In this document: positions 17,595-27,876 of the stretch, one piece after another
Layout of the letters: every line of letters starts with the position of its first letter
How positions within the stretch are numbered: the stretch's first letter is position 1
NCBI GenBank assembly: GCA_028713535.1
Contig: JAQTOC010000004.1
Coordinates: 1 to 62,417 of the forward strand
Length of the DNA: 62,417 nt
Direction of reading: 5' to 3'
Origin: Candidatus Nanoarchaeia archaeon
GTDB lineage: Archaea; Nanobdellota; Nanobdellia; SCGC-AAA011-G17; JACPNG01
Program-made: the position numbers and the translations under genes
Notes under the pieces: generated by a model
Database searches by the model: none
The model's input: the letters and a program-made list of their open reading frames with translations, nothing else
Told to the model about the DNA's origin: nothing

Positions 17595-18854
17595 TCACCA
17601 TCTCTGGATCTTTCTTCCTGTGGCTATGTCAAAAAACACCCAGGCCCATGAGATTAATATTAAAAAAGCATATATAAAAAAGTATCCTATTAACGGCAAA
17701 TACCCAAAAGCAGATAATTTTTCCTGGTGGCTCTTGTATGAAAAGTAAATTAAGCACAATAATATAAAAAACATTGCAGCAGCAAGAAATATATTCATAA
17801 CATTAAAGTCCATGACTGAAATTCCCTTGAACCACGTTCCCATAACAATCGGGAGGTCATAATTTATCGCTCCGATGTTTTTTAATTCCTGCAATCCTGG
17901 TATTATTAAATAATTATAAACTGAAACAAGCAAAACAGTCAATGAAATGATTGCAGCAAATAAAACAGTTGGCAAATGAAATATTCCAAAATCCCCGTAA
18001 TCCAGATTAAACAGCATCCTCCTGTACTTGATGACATTTAGCAACGCGCCTTTGTACCATCTGTTTCTCTGTTTTAAGAATGCTTTTAGATTAACAGGAA
18101 CCTTTGTGTAAACAACAGTGTTCATAACTTGGACGAGCCTGTAATTTTTCTCTTGGAGCCTCAGGGCCATCTCAAGATCCTCTGTAAGATTATTCTCGCT
18201 GAATCCATGGACTGAAGCAATCACGTCTCTTCTATAAACACTGAATGGTCCCGGTGCAACGTGGCAGCAATCCAAGTAGGTAATTAATTTTTTTGAAAAG
18301 TTGTTCGTTATGTATTCACACCACTGCAGTTTCTGCAAAAAAGTCTTTGTATTTTTTACTCTCATTAATGGAAGTACAACAGCAATTTTTTTATCCTCCC
18401 TGAATACAGGAAGTATTTTTTTAAGAGCATCAGATCTTACCATGCTGTCTGCATCAAGAACAACAAAAAATTTTCCTTTGGCATGTCTCAGCGCATTATT
18501 CAATGCAGCACCCTTCCCGCTGTTTTTCTGGTTGATCAAAACAATGTTGAATTGCTTGTTTTCCTCGATTGTTTTTTCAACGATTGCTTTTGTGTTGTCT
18601 TTTGAACCATCATTAACAACGATAATTTCAATCAATTCTTTAGGATAATCCAGATTTAACAAAGAATCAATTGTGTCTTTGATTGTAATTTCTTCATTGT
18701 ATGCAGGAATAGCAATTGAAACAGAAGGATAATCCCTTATCTTAAGATTTTTATTCTCTATCCCCCTTTCAAAAAAAACAATAAACCAGAACACTAAAAT
18801 AAACAATCCAATAAAATACGTAATCCACAATATGAGGGCAGTAAAAGAGAGCAT
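17595..18854 (-). CDS. Family 2 glycosyltransferase, processive membrane-embedded type (QxxRW)
   Basis: VVNDGSKDNT, VLDADS, TEDLEMA and QRNRWYKG motifs flanked by TM helices. This is the architecture of cellulose/chitin/NodC/PgaC-like synthases. Confidence 0.8.
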   Translation of the reverse strand: MLSFTALILWITYFIGLFILVFWFIVFFERGIENKNLKIRDYPSVSIAIPAYNEEITIKDTIDSLLNLDYPKELIEIIVVNDGSKDNTKAIVEKTIEENKQFNIVLINQKNSGKGAALNNALRHAKGKFFVVLDADSMVRSDALKKILPVFREDKKIAVVLPLMRVKNTKTFLQKLQWCEYITNNFSKKLITYLDCCHVAPGPFSVYRRDVIASVHGFSENNLTEDLEMALRLQEKNYRLVQVMNTVVYTKVPVNLKAFLKQRNRWYKGALLNVIKYRRMLFNLDYGDFGIFHLPTVLFAAIISLTVLLVSVYNYLIIPGLQELKNIGAINYDLPIVMGTWFKGISVMDFNVMNIFLAAAMFFILLCLIYFSYKSHQEKLSAFGYLPLIGYFFIYAFLILISWAWVFFDIATGRKIQRW

Positions 18855-20335
18855 TAATATATAACCTCCCAGACATCCAGGTTATGGGCATTGTAAATTT
18901 TCTTGAATTTCTCGCTGTATTTTAACAAGAAAAGCAGTCCTTCTTCATCCCCTTCCCATAACGTTCCCTCAATTGCCTTGTCAAACAAGATATATTTGAC
19001 ATTGTATTTTTTAAGGGTATTCATTGCAAAGTCTATGTCCCTTGTTTCAAACAAGGCCTCTGAATCCTTGTATCTCTCTTTGACTTTCGGGGCAAATATA
19101 AAATCTCCATCCATGACAACAGCCCTGTTTGCAAGCCCAGAAACCCAGAATCCTCTTGAATAATGGGAGAAAACAACAGCCTCTGGATCAGACATAGTCT
19201 CAAATTCATCCAGTCCTTTTAATAGTTCCTGATCAGGCAATGAATGTTTTAATTCATTGATATATGAAATCCCAGAAAAGAATAATCCCAAGATTAAGAC
19301 AAATATTGAAAATTGCTTGATAAACTTGCTCTGGAATTCAAACTCAAACAAATAAAGGATTCCAAAGAAGACTAAAAATGAAAATAAGAATATAAAGTAA
19401 AACAATGTTCTTATTTCAAATAAAGACAGGATTAAAAGCAAGATTGTAATTGAATAAAAAACCATGTTGTCATACTTTTTCTTCCAAAGCCTTACCAATC
19501 CAAGCAATGCAAGTATAACCGCAAATATCCCAAGCCCAAATCTCCCTCCAAGATCAGAAATAAAGTTCTGGAAGGCATAATTAATTCCTTCATGTCTTAA
19601 GAAGAACTCCAAGCCAAAAGGCAATACTCCTCTGACAAGATAAAGCATTATAGCAAATAGTAATATTAAAGGAACAACAAACCATCTTACTTTTTTATCT
19701 CTGAATATATAAACAAGATATAATAGCAACAGTGCCACTCCAGGGAGTATTCCAAAAAAGAAAGACAATAAAATCATCAATAGTGCATAAATTTTCTTGT
19801 CATATAATAAGAATAAAAACGCAATCAGCGCAAGGAACACAGGAAAGATGTATAAGTTTGAAGTTGAAAATAAGTAAATGAACGTCGGCGAAAATACCAA
19901 GATCAAGCATATCAGCAACGAATTCCTTATCCTCAAGTTAAGTTTTTTTAGTATAATATAAAACAATGCCACGCTTAATAATCCCATGATGAATGGAATC
20001 GCTTTTGATGAAAAAAAGTAAGTTACCCCAAATAAGACGCTAAACGCTTTTATAATTACAGGATAAAAACTAAAGACAAAATTTCTTCCTGCGTAGCTCA
20101 AACTATCATAGCTGCTGAATGGTGCTTCAGCAAGCCTCATGTAATGGTAAGGCTCAGCGCCAATCAAGAGATTGCTGTCTCTCAAGAAGTTCGGGGCCGC
20201 GATAATTACTGCCGAAAAAAATAAAAGCAAAAAAACCAAAATGATTTCAGCAGTTTCTAGTTTTATAGATTTCAGTATCCCCTTCCTGCCATGCTCTCCT
20301 AAAACATCTTTCATCTTTTGTGAATGCAACCTCAT
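18854..20335 (-). CDS. Large polytopic membrane protein with C-terminal soluble domain (GT-C-like glycosyltransferase, tentative)
   Basis: About 11 TM helices, then a ~120-aa soluble tail. No WWDYG motif seen, so not called AglB. TAATG junction with the GT2 gene. Confidence 0.5.
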   Translation of the reverse strand: MRLHSQKMKDVLGEHGRKGILKSIKLETAEIILVFLLLFFSAVIIAAPNFLRDSNLLIGAEPYHYMRLAEAPFSSYDSLSYAGRNFVFSFYPVIIKAFSVLFGVTYFFSSKAIPFIMGLLSVALFYIILKKLNLRIRNSLLICLILVFSPTFIYLFSTSNLYIFPVFLALIAFLFLLYDKKIYALLMILLSFFFGILPGVALLLLYLVYIFRDKKVRWFVVPLILLFAIMLYLVRGVLPFGLEFFLRHEGINYAFQNFISDLGGRFGLGIFAVILALLGLVRLWKKKYDNMVFYSITILLLILSLFEIRTLFYFIFLFSFLVFFGILYLFEFEFQSKFIKQFSIFVLILGLFFSGISYINELKHSLPDQELLKGLDEFETMSDPEAVVFSHYSRGFWVSGLANRAVVMDGDFIFAPKVKERYKDSEALFETRDIDFAMNTLKKYNVKYILFDKAIEGTLWEGDEEGLLFLLKYSEKFKKIYNAHNLDVWEVIY

Positions 20336-21746
20336 CCAAGTTGTAAAGTTCCTTTGTTCTCTTGGTAATATAAATATACTTGATATTATACTTATCGCTT
20401 AAGGTTTTCGCTTCAACTTCTGACTGGGTGGTATAAATCTCCATCAATTCGTCAAATCTCTTGTTTACGTTTGTTCCATACAGGAAGTTGTCATCTATTA
20501 ATGTTCTCCATCCTGCAATTGAAGAGATGTAGTTTCCTTCTTCATGCGAACTTAAAACCTCCCCAACCTTGTCAGCATCATTCCTTAACCACAATAATCC
20601 ATTGTATTCTGAATCTCCGATTGTGCTTGACAAAGTTGAGTTTACCACAACGATGCTTGGTACAACATTTCCAAGTATCAACAAAACAAAAAGCACAATC
20701 TTGATGGTCTTGGCCTGCTCAGAAACCTTGGTCAGTTTCATGTAATCCAAAAAAGTCCCATATCCTAGTGAAGAAATGATTATTAAAGCTAGCCCAAATA
20801 CAGTAAGGCCAAAGTCAAATCTCACCCATCTGATTAATAATAAAACCAAAACAGCAAGGCATATGCTTGAAAACAAGAGTATGTTCTCATTTTTCTTCTT
20901 TAATATCCCATGGTAAATTCCATAAACTCCAAAGAGCAGTGGAATCAAGCCAAGTGCAAAAATAGTTCCAACAATGTCAATGCTGCTGAAGTAAGAATTC
21001 AAGAGTGTTGACGGAGTATTCTGCCAGAACACTGAAAAGCCAAGCTTAAGCAATGGCTTCTTAAACACTATGAAGCTTGCCAATACTCCAAGCAACATTG
21101 TAAAAACAACAACTTCCTTTTTTAATTTTGCAACCTCAAAAGATTCAGACCTTGACAGTAAAAGATAAATCAAAAATATGAAAATAACAACAAAGTAATA
21201 AATGTTAATCAAAGGCAATAAAAACGCCAGGACTATAAACTGGTTGAAATAACTTTTTTCCTTGATCCTGATAAAGCAGTAAAACATGTAGAACATAAGC
21301 AAAATAAAAAGTCCATTCTGTGACAGGTTATTAAAGAACGTGTGAAATAAAAATGGCATGAATCCTGCTGAGAATGCAGCAAGCAACGAAGCTATTTCAT
21401 CATCGCTTATTCTTTTTGCAATTAAGAATACTAAGAATACTAGCAAGCTTGCAATCACTTCCGGAATGAACTTAAGAGTCCATCCTCCCAAAATGATTTT
21501 AAATCCTGCAAATAAGACGTGAAATAACGGCAATGTGTACAATCCATGCCCTGAAAAAGTCAAATCATCTTTAAACAGAAAACTTCCCTGTGTGATTCCC
21601 TCTATGTATCTTTCATTGAGATATGCATCCGAATCTGAAAAATAAGGTGTTTGGTAGGCAAAGAATAGCCTGAAAACTAAAGTGAAAATAAAAATCAAGA
21701 TTAATATCCAGCTAGTTCGCGGTATTTTCCTGAATAGTGCTTTCAT
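20247..21746 (-). CDS. Large polytopic membrane protein with C-terminal soluble domain (GT-C-like glycosyltransferase, tentative)
   Basis: Same overall architecture as 18854..20335, with similar C-terminal tails (KYNIKYIYITK / KYNVKYILFDK). Overlaps the next gene by 89 nt as drawn. Confidence 0.5.
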   Translation of the reverse strand: MKALFRKIPRTSWILILIFIFTLVFRLFFAYQTPYFSDSDAYLNERYIEGITQGSFLFKDDLTFSGHGLYTLPLFHVLFAGFKIILGGWTLKFIPEVIASLLVFLVFLIAKRISDDEIASLLAAFSAGFMPFLFHTFFNNLSQNGLFILLMFYMFYCFIRIKEKSYFNQFIVLAFLLPLINIYYFVVIFIFLIYLLLSRSESFEVAKLKKEVVVFTMLLGVLASFIVFKKPLLKLGFSVFWQNTPSTLLNSYFSSIDIVGTIFALGLIPLLFGVYGIYHGILKKKNENILLFSSICLAVLVLLLIRWVRFDFGLTVFGLALIIISSLGYGTFLDYMKLTKVSEQAKTIKIVLFVLLILGNVVPSIVVVNSTLSSTIGDSEYNGLLWLRNDADKVGEVLSSHEEGNYISSIAGWRTLIDDNFLYGTNVNKRFDELMEIYTTQSEVEAKTLSDKYNIKYIYITKRTKELYNLDEVAFTKDERCFRRAWQEGDTEIYKTRNC

Positions 21747-22248
21747 TCTCCTTGACCTTTTCTAATTCTTTCAATTTTGAAACTAATTGGTCTTCCACAA
21801 TGTCAAAATAGTCATAAAATTTTGGTGCTAGATCAATTATCCTTGTCCTGCCTTTTTTTTCAGTTAAAATAAAATCATTGTCTTTCAAAAACTTGATGTG
21901 GTCATATGCCCCGTTTCCCCTCATCTTGATTATGTCAGACTGCAAAACCGGCTTTTGGTATGCAATCAAAGCTAAAGTGTTCATTGTGGGGTTGTCTATC
22001 TCTGTCTGGTCCAATAGCTTGGTTGTTAAATAGTTAAATTCTTTTTTTATGCTTAACTTGAATTTTCCATTTTCTTCCAGTATTGTTAAAGATCCTTCAT
22101 TGGTTTCATATTTCTTTTTTAGTTCTTCTAAGGCATCTTTAACAAAACCCACGCTTCCTAATTCAGCTAATTTTGCTATTTCTTCTATGTCCATAAACCT
22201 CCCGGTTGTGAATAAAATAGCTTCTATCTTTTTTACATACTCTTCCAT
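21712..22248 (-). CDS. scpB: Segregation and condensation protein B (ScpB)
   Basis: IEAILFTTGRFMDIEEIAKL N-terminus and two winged-helix halves, typical of ScpB. Confidence 0.8.
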   Translation of the reverse strand: MEEYVKKIEAILFTTGRFMDIEEIAKLAELGSVGFVKDALEELKKKYETNEGSLTILEENGKFKLSIKKEFNYLTTKLLDQTEIDNPTMNTLALIAYQKPVLQSDIIKMRGNGAYDHIKFLKDNDFILTEKKGRTRIIDLAPKFYDYFDIVEDQLVSKLKELEKVKENESTIQENTAN

Positions 22249-22363
22249 AGAAACAAAAACAAGAATAGATTATTTAAAGTTTTCTAAGCAAAATGTAATA
22301 CTCCAGAATAACTTTTAAACCTAGTTACGTTGCATCTTCACTTAGCTCGTAGCATTACGAAAA

Positions 22364-22371
22364 TTTATATA
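22364..22371 (+). promoter_or_regulatory. TATA box candidate for a near-leaderless HEPN-gene transcript
   Basis: TTTATATA is centred about 29 nt upstream of ATG 22397, consistent with archaeal TATA-to-start spacing and a very short 5' UTR. Confidence 0.4.
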
Positions 22372-22396
22372 TCTCTATTTGTATTGGTTACTTAAA

Positions 22397-23086
22397 ATGA
22401 CCAGGGTTGATGAATATAAAAAAAGTTTAAGAAAAAAAGAACTAACGTTTGTAAATATTTATATTCCCGAAATTGAAAAATTAATAACCGAATTTGATTC
22501 TAGAAATATCCTTATTAAAATCCATAAAAAAGAGGAGGTTAATCGAATTATCAAATTTGTGAGAACATCAAACGCTCCTATTACACTACTAAACAAATTT
22601 TATAATCTTATCAAGCCAGATAAAAAAGAGACTGAAAAAAATATGAGTAAATTAATTGAGATAGGATTCGAAAAAGAACGATTGGGTGAACAAATTGGTT
22701 CTCTAATGTGCCATGCCTACCAAGTTACTGCTGAAAGATTAAAATTACATTTAATAACGACTGTTGATTTTTCTAAGCTAAATTTAAAAAATGCTGATTC
22801 CATCCCTTTAGGTCCTATAATTAGTTCTTTAAAAAAGCAGTTTAAAGGAAATAGTTTTGTTGATTATTTATCAACAAAAATAAGGAATCCGGTAGCTCAT
22901 TACACATATTTTTTTGAGAACGGCGACTTATTTTTATGTGAAGGATACTTTGATTCTTCTCCTAATAAAATAACTTTAGCAGAATTTATGATACAATCCA
23001 AACAATTTAGTATGTTAACGGAATTATATTTTCTTTCTTATTTAGACAAATTAGTGCCATCCAACGAATTACATTTAGACCAATAA
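22397..23086 (+). CDS. HEPN-domain protein (Rx4H motif), putative RNase toxin / abortive-infection-like
   Basis: STKIRNPVAHYTYFF contains the R-x4-H (RNxxAH) signature of HEPN nucleases, in a helical ~230-aa protein. ATG 22397 is preferred over the TTG at 22379 used by the track. Confidence 0.5.
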   Translation: MTRVDEYKKSLRKKELTFVNIYIPEIEKLITEFDSRNILIKIHKKEEVNRIIKFVRTSNAPITLLNKFYNLIKPDKKETEKNMSKLIEIGFEKERLGEQIGSLMCHAYQVTAERLKLHLITTVDFSKLNLKNADSIPLGPIISSLKKQFKGNSFVDYLSTKIRNPVAHYTYFFENGDLFLCEGYFDSSPNKITLAEFMIQSKQFSMLTELYFLSYLDKLVPSNELHLDQ

Positions 23087-23259
23087 TGCCCCGTCATACT
23101 CTGTGGAAATCTTCAGTTTACCTACCTTGCTAGAAATACCATGGACTTAACAAGTATTATATTTGATTATTAACCCGTAACAACCCATTGAGTGTTACAC
23201 CTTTCGAAAGGTATAACAAAATGGAAAGGTTTAAATACTAATACAATTTTCCTTGGGTC

Positions 23260-24066
23260 ATGGATACAGAAAAATTAAAAGAAAAAGTTGATGCAGCTAA
23301 AGAATCTGTTAAAGATTTGGAAGAACCTCTAAAAAGTAAAGCATTCGAAATGATATTATCTAAGTTATTAAATGAAAAACCGATTATAACAACTCAAAAT
23401 TCAGAGGTTGTAAATTATTCCGAAAAACCTTACGAGGAAGATATTGCAGATAAATTAACAGATATAATCGACAGTACCTCTTACCCCTTAATGTATAAGC
23501 TTAATAGAGCTTTAGATCTGGCTCTCTATATTCTTTATATCGCAAAAAATGAACACGACGAAGATGGGTTGACCCCTTCACAAGTTTCCAAAATTTTATC
23601 CATAAAATTTAGGATACCTGCTTCACCTAATTCTATTAGCATGGCATTAATGAAGGCTGGAAACCTTGTAGATAGGCGCACAGTAAATACGATGGGGGGA
23701 GCAGCTTACAAATACAGGATTATGCATGCTGGTGAAGAATATCTGAAAAATCTTGAACAAAATCCAAATAAAGTTACAATCCATCCCCCTAAAAGAAAGA
23801 ATGTAAAAATCGTTGCCCATAAGAATGAACAACCAAAAAAAGTGAAAGAAGGGCTAAAGCAAAGAGTCTCAGAATTAATTAATGAAGGCTTTTTGGCACA
23901 GCCAAAGGAAGTAAGGGAAATAAGGGAAGAATTAGCAACAAGAGGTTATCCTTACAATATAGATCCAATAAGAACAGCCCTCTTTAGACTAGTAAGAAGT
24001 AAAGCGATAAGAAGAATAAAAGATATTAAAGACGGTCAAGCAATCTATAAATACTGCAATATCTAA
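23260..24066 (+). CDS. Double winged-helix DNA-binding-like protein
   Basis: Two wHTH-like segments (GLTPSQVSKILSIKFRIPASPNSISMALMKAGNLVDRR..YKYRI and KEVREIREELATRGYPYNIDPIRTALFRLVRSKAIRRIKD..AIYKY) are joined by a Lys-rich linker. Confidence 0.45.
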   Translation: MDTEKLKEKVDAAKESVKDLEEPLKSKAFEMILSKLLNEKPIITTQNSEVVNYSEKPYEEDIADKLTDIIDSTSYPLMYKLNRALDLALYILYIAKNEHDEDGLTPSQVSKILSIKFRIPASPNSISMALMKAGNLVDRRTVNTMGGAAYKYRIMHAGEEYLKNLEQNPNKVTIHPPKRKNVKIVAHKNEQPKKVKEGLKQRVSELINEGFLAQPKEVREIREELATRGYPYNIDPIRTALFRLVRSKAIRRIKDIKDGQAIYKYCNI

Positions 24067-24187
24067 TGCTCATTAATGAGGGTGGACCGCAAGCCGAAGG
24101 ACTCCAGACCCTACGGCTTCCACTTTTTCCTTTAATATAATTCTTAATGTAATTTAAGTATTTTTCTAAACAAAAATAATCTAAAAA

Positions 24188-25273
24188 CTAACTCAGGCTA
24201 TACCTTAAAATAGCAACCAGCCCGCCAAAGTCTCTTAACTGAACTCCTTCTCTTGTCTCAGTGGAAATAATAACAACCTCTGTGCCAAGAGCTTCAGCCT
24301 TTTCCTGTAACCTTTCTATTTCAAGTTCATCAAGGCTTTCAGATATTAACAGTTTGTCAACCGCGCCTATCTCCAGGGCTTTGTCAACTTCTTTCTTTCC
24401 GTAAGTTACCTTGTCAGGCTCTTTAACTAGTTTAGTAAAAAATTCTCCAAGTATTTTTTTCTCTTCCATGATTTCTTCTTTTGCAAGTAAATCCTGGCTT
24501 TTGTCAACTAATTCATGCAGTCCAGATTCATCTGTATATGTAATGTCCTTGACTCCAATGACTTTGTTTTTTAATTCCTGGTTAAGGTACAGTAAAAATT
24601 CCTCTTTTGTTGGGCCAGGTCCTCCAATTATAATCCCTTTAAGGTCTTGATTTCCCAAAAACTTTTCCTGAGCTACTTCTGCAATTCTTTTGTAGAATTC
24701 TTTTGCAGCTCCCTCCCTTAATCTTGCAAATCTCTGACTTGATTGGCCGCCCGCACGCGTTTTTCCAGGAACTCCAGAAGTTAAGTGATGTAATGCATCT
24801 ATTCTTGTTCCTCTTAAAAAGCCAATTGTTCCCTCTCTTCTGTCCATGACAATCAGACCAAAGCACTCCTTGGTTTCCATCATATCCCTTAATATGTCCA
24901 AAACAAAAGTCTGGTCGCATCTATACAATCTTGAGTTTAATGGCTCTGGTGGCTCAATGCTCCAAACTTTTATGTCAATCTTGCTTTCGTTGTCAGAAGC
25001 ATTCCCTGCAAAAACAGCAACTCCGTGTTGCGGTGTCTTGTCATATAACCTTAAATGTCTTATCGCTCTTTCAAGTGAATCAATGACATTCTTCCTTGTC
25101 CTTGCATCCTTGATGTTTGCAGCAGTCCCCTGCTCCTGCTGAAGATGATTTATTATTTTATTAAGATCATATCCGGCAGGGACATAAACAGAAACTAATT
25201 CAGTATGCCTCCCTTTTACTTGGCCTAGTTCTCTCAAAAATTTTTTCAATCCGTATCTTTGTTTTGCATTCAT
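24188..25273 (-). CDS. prf1: Peptide chain release factor aRF1
   Basis: GGQ motif (TRAGGQSSQRF) and NIKS-like TAANIKD motif. ATG 25273 with a GGTGA Shine-Dalgarno is preferred over the GTG at 25282. Confidence 0.9.
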   Translation of the reverse strand: MNAKQRYGLKKFLRELGQVKGRHTELVSVYVPAGYDLNKIINHLQQEQGTAANIKDARTRKNVIDSLERAIRHLRLYDKTPQHGVAVFAGNASDNESKIDIKVWSIEPPEPLNSRLYRCDQTFVLDILRDMMETKECFGLIVMDRREGTIGFLRGTRIDALHHLTSGVPGKTRAGGQSSQRFARLREGAAKEFYKRIAEVAQEKFLGNQDLKGIIIGGPGPTKEEFLLYLNQELKNKVIGVKDITYTDESGLHELVDKSQDLLAKEEIMEEKKILGEFFTKLVKEPDKVTYGKKEVDKALEIGAVDKLLISESLDELEIERLQEKAEALGTEVVIISTETREGVQLRDFGGLVAILRYSLS

Positions 25274-25321
25274 AAAATTCACCAGTTGATATTATTTCAT
25301 TTTCTATGTTTAAAAACCTAA

Positions 25322-27700
25322 CTAAAACTCAGTCTTGAATCTGCCTTCTTTGATTTCCTTTGCTTTTGTCACAGCTTTCAAATCCTCAATCATGTTTCCA
25401 AGAGCGTTTAAAGATTTCTTTTCAAGAGTCAAGATAACATGGTCCTTCAATGATTTTTTGCTGTCAGCCTTGGATTTTCTTACTTTGCTCATAACTTCAA
25501 CAAACAATTCTCCTCTTTCTCTCAGCATTCTTTCAGTTATAGCTTCTTCTTTTGGCCATTCAGAAATATGTATTGATTTTATTTTTTCTTTTTTGGCAAA
25601 TTCAACCTGATATATTTCCTCAGTAATGTGCGGGACAACAGGTGCAAACAATTTTAATAATCCATTTAATATTTTATACAGAGTATATTGTGCAGATTTT
25701 TTCCCTTCATTCCCTCTTGAATCAGGATTGTACAATCTGTCCTTGACGATTTCTAAGTAATCATCGCAGAAATCATGCCAGAAAAATAATTCAACCGCTT
25801 TGTTTGCCTCGCTTGAATTATAGATGTCATAATTCTCTGTTGCAATATTAATCACTTCATTTAATTTCAGCAAATAATATTTGTCAATGTCCTCTAATTT
25901 GCTTGGTTTATTATAATCATAATTCTCTAAGTGCATTAAAACAAACTTGGATGCATTCCATAATTTAGTTAAAAATTTCTGCCCAGCCACTAATTCCTCT
26001 TCCTTGAATGGGATGTCAGATCCCCACTTCGCCTTTCCAACCCAATACCTGAATGTGTCGACATTGAATTTTTCAAGCAATATATCAGCCCAAACAACAT
26101 TTCCCTTGCTTTTGTGCATGCCTCTTCCCTTTGCATCCAATACAAAAGTTCCAAGTGCAATGTCCTTCCATGGAACCTGCTTAAAGTGTAAATATGATTT
26201 TAAGATTGTGTAAAATGTCCACGTCCTTATTATGTCCTGTGCCTGCGGCCTCAATGAAACCGGGAATCTTTTGCTAAATTCTTTATTTTCTTCCAGCCAT
26301 TTGACAGATATTTGGGGGCTCATAGAAGAAGTCATCCATGTGTCAAACACATCCTCATCCCCTTTGAAATGACCTCCGCACTTGCATTTCCCTTTGTTAA
26401 TTTCAAGAGGATCTGTAGGCAGTTCTTTTTCATCAGCAACTATAATCTCTCCGCATTTGTCGCAATACCATGCTGGAATTGGAACTCCAAAATGCCTCTG
26501 CCTTGATATGCACCAGTCCCATCCAAGATTTTTTGTCCAGTCCTCATATCTCACTCTGAAAAAATCAGGATACCATTTAATTTTCCTGCCCTGTTTTATT
26601 AATTCGTCTTTGTAAGGTATTGTTTTGATAAACCATTGCTTTGTTACAATGTATTCAACAGGGGTGTTGCATCTCCAGCAGCCTCCAACAGTCTGTTCCA
26701 GATCTTCTTGGTTGACAAGTATTTTTTCTTTTCTTAGTCTTTCAATTATTCTTTCTCTCGCATCATTTAATGTCAGCCCTTTGTATTCCATAGCTAACTC
26801 ATTTAACTTTCCTGCCTTGTCAAGAATTATTTTCAAGGGTAAATTATGTTTTTTCCACCATTCAATGTCTGTGTTGTCTCCAAAAGTGCATATCATAACA
26901 ATTCCTGTCCCAAATTCCATGTCTACTTTTTCATCCTTCATAATTGGAACTTTCTGGTTGAAAATAGGAACAATTGCATTCTTCCCAACTAAATTAGAAT
27001 ATCTTTTATCATTAGGGTTGACAAAAATACCTACGCATGCAGCTAAAAATTCAGGCCTTGTCGTAGCAATATTAATTTTCTTTCCGTCTTCAAGTTTAAA
27101 ATCAATGTAATTTAATTTTGTTTTTCTTTTTATGTCTTCAACTTCTGCCTGAGCCAATGCAGTCTGATGATAAGTGCACCATATAGTTGGTTCCTCTCTT
27201 CTGTAGCAGTCTCCTTGTTTTATTAACCTTAAAAAAGACGTCTGTGAAACTCTCTGCGCTTCTTTCCCAATGGTTGTATACAATAAATCCCAGTCATAAC
27301 TATGCCCCAGTCTTTTGAAAACCTTGTTTTTATAAATCTCCTCAACCTCTTCATTTGCTTCCAAGCATAATTTCCTGAATTCTTTTCTTGAAACAGTGTT
27401 TTTGTTTACTCCAAGTTTTTCCTCAACGTATTTTTCAGTAGGCAATCCATTATCATCAAAGCAGGGAGCAAAATAAACATTAAATCCATTCATTCTCTTG
27501 TATCTTGCAATGATTTCAAACTGTGTGTAATGCAGAGCATGCCCTACATGCAAGTGCCCTGCAGAAGCATAAGGCGGTGGAACATCAATGACATAAATCT
27601 TTTTCTTGCTATTTTTATCAAATTTGTAAATATGTTCTTTTTCCCAGTAATCCTGCCACTTTTTTTCTATTTCAGCAGCATTGTAATCCTTGTCTAGCAT
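25322..27700 (-). CDS. valS: Valine--tRNA ligase (class Ia aaRS)
   Basis: VIDVPPPYASAGHLHVGHALHYT..ARYKRMNGFNVYF..DDNGLPTEKYVE, ISRQRHFGVPIPAW, and the KMSKS-equivalent MHKSKGN. The 792-aa length fits archaeal ValRS. The amino-acid specificity is inferred. Confidence 0.75.
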   Translation of the reverse strand: MLDKDYNAAEIEKKWQDYWEKEHIYKFDKNSKKKIYVIDVPPPYASAGHLHVGHALHYTQFEIIARYKRMNGFNVYFAPCFDDNGLPTEKYVEEKLGVNKNTVSRKEFRKLCLEANEEVEEIYKNKVFKRLGHSYDWDLLYTTIGKEAQRVSQTSFLRLIKQGDCYRREEPTIWCTYHQTALAQAEVEDIKRKTKLNYIDFKLEDGKKINIATTRPEFLAACVGIFVNPNDKRYSNLVGKNAIVPIFNQKVPIMKDEKVDMEFGTGIVMICTFGDNTDIEWWKKHNLPLKIILDKAGKLNELAMEYKGLTLNDARERIIERLRKEKILVNQEDLEQTVGGCWRCNTPVEYIVTKQWFIKTIPYKDELIKQGRKIKWYPDFFRVRYEDWTKNLGWDWCISRQRHFGVPIPAWYCDKCGEIIVADEKELPTDPLEINKGKCKCGGHFKGDEDVFDTWMTSSMSPQISVKWLEENKEFSKRFPVSLRPQAQDIIRTWTFYTILKSYLHFKQVPWKDIALGTFVLDAKGRGMHKSKGNVVWADILLEKFNVDTFRYWVGKAKWGSDIPFKEEELVAGQKFLTKLWNASKFVLMHLENYDYNKPSKLEDIDKYYLLKLNEVINIATENYDIYNSSEANKAVELFFWHDFCDDYLEIVKDRLYNPDSRGNEGKKSAQYTLYKILNGLLKLFAPVVPHITEEIYQVEFAKKEKIKSIHISEWPKEEAITERMLRERGELFVEVMSKVRKSKADSKKSLKDHVILTLEKKSLNALGNMIEDLKAVTKAKEIKEGRFKTEF

Positions 27701-27752
27701 TCTTCCAAGTTAAAATGTAAAAGTTTATATACCTTTTTATTACCACATTTTT

Positions 27753-27826
27753 GGGGCTGTAGTTCAACCTGGGAGAACACCAGACTGAAGCTCTGGACGT
27801 TGGGGGTTCAAATCCCCCCGGCCCCA
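27753..27826 (+). tRNA. tRNA-Phe (anticodon GAA)
   Basis: Hand-folded cloverleaf. Acceptor GGGGCUG/CGGCCCC, D arm GUUC..GAAC, anticodon arm CCAGA-CUGAAGC-UCUGG, T arm GGGGG-UUCAAAU-CCCCC, discriminator A. No encoded CCA. Confidence 0.9.
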
Positions 27827-27876
27827 TCAAAATGTTTATATAAACCAGATTCTTTGTTTATTCAGAGGTGAATCTT

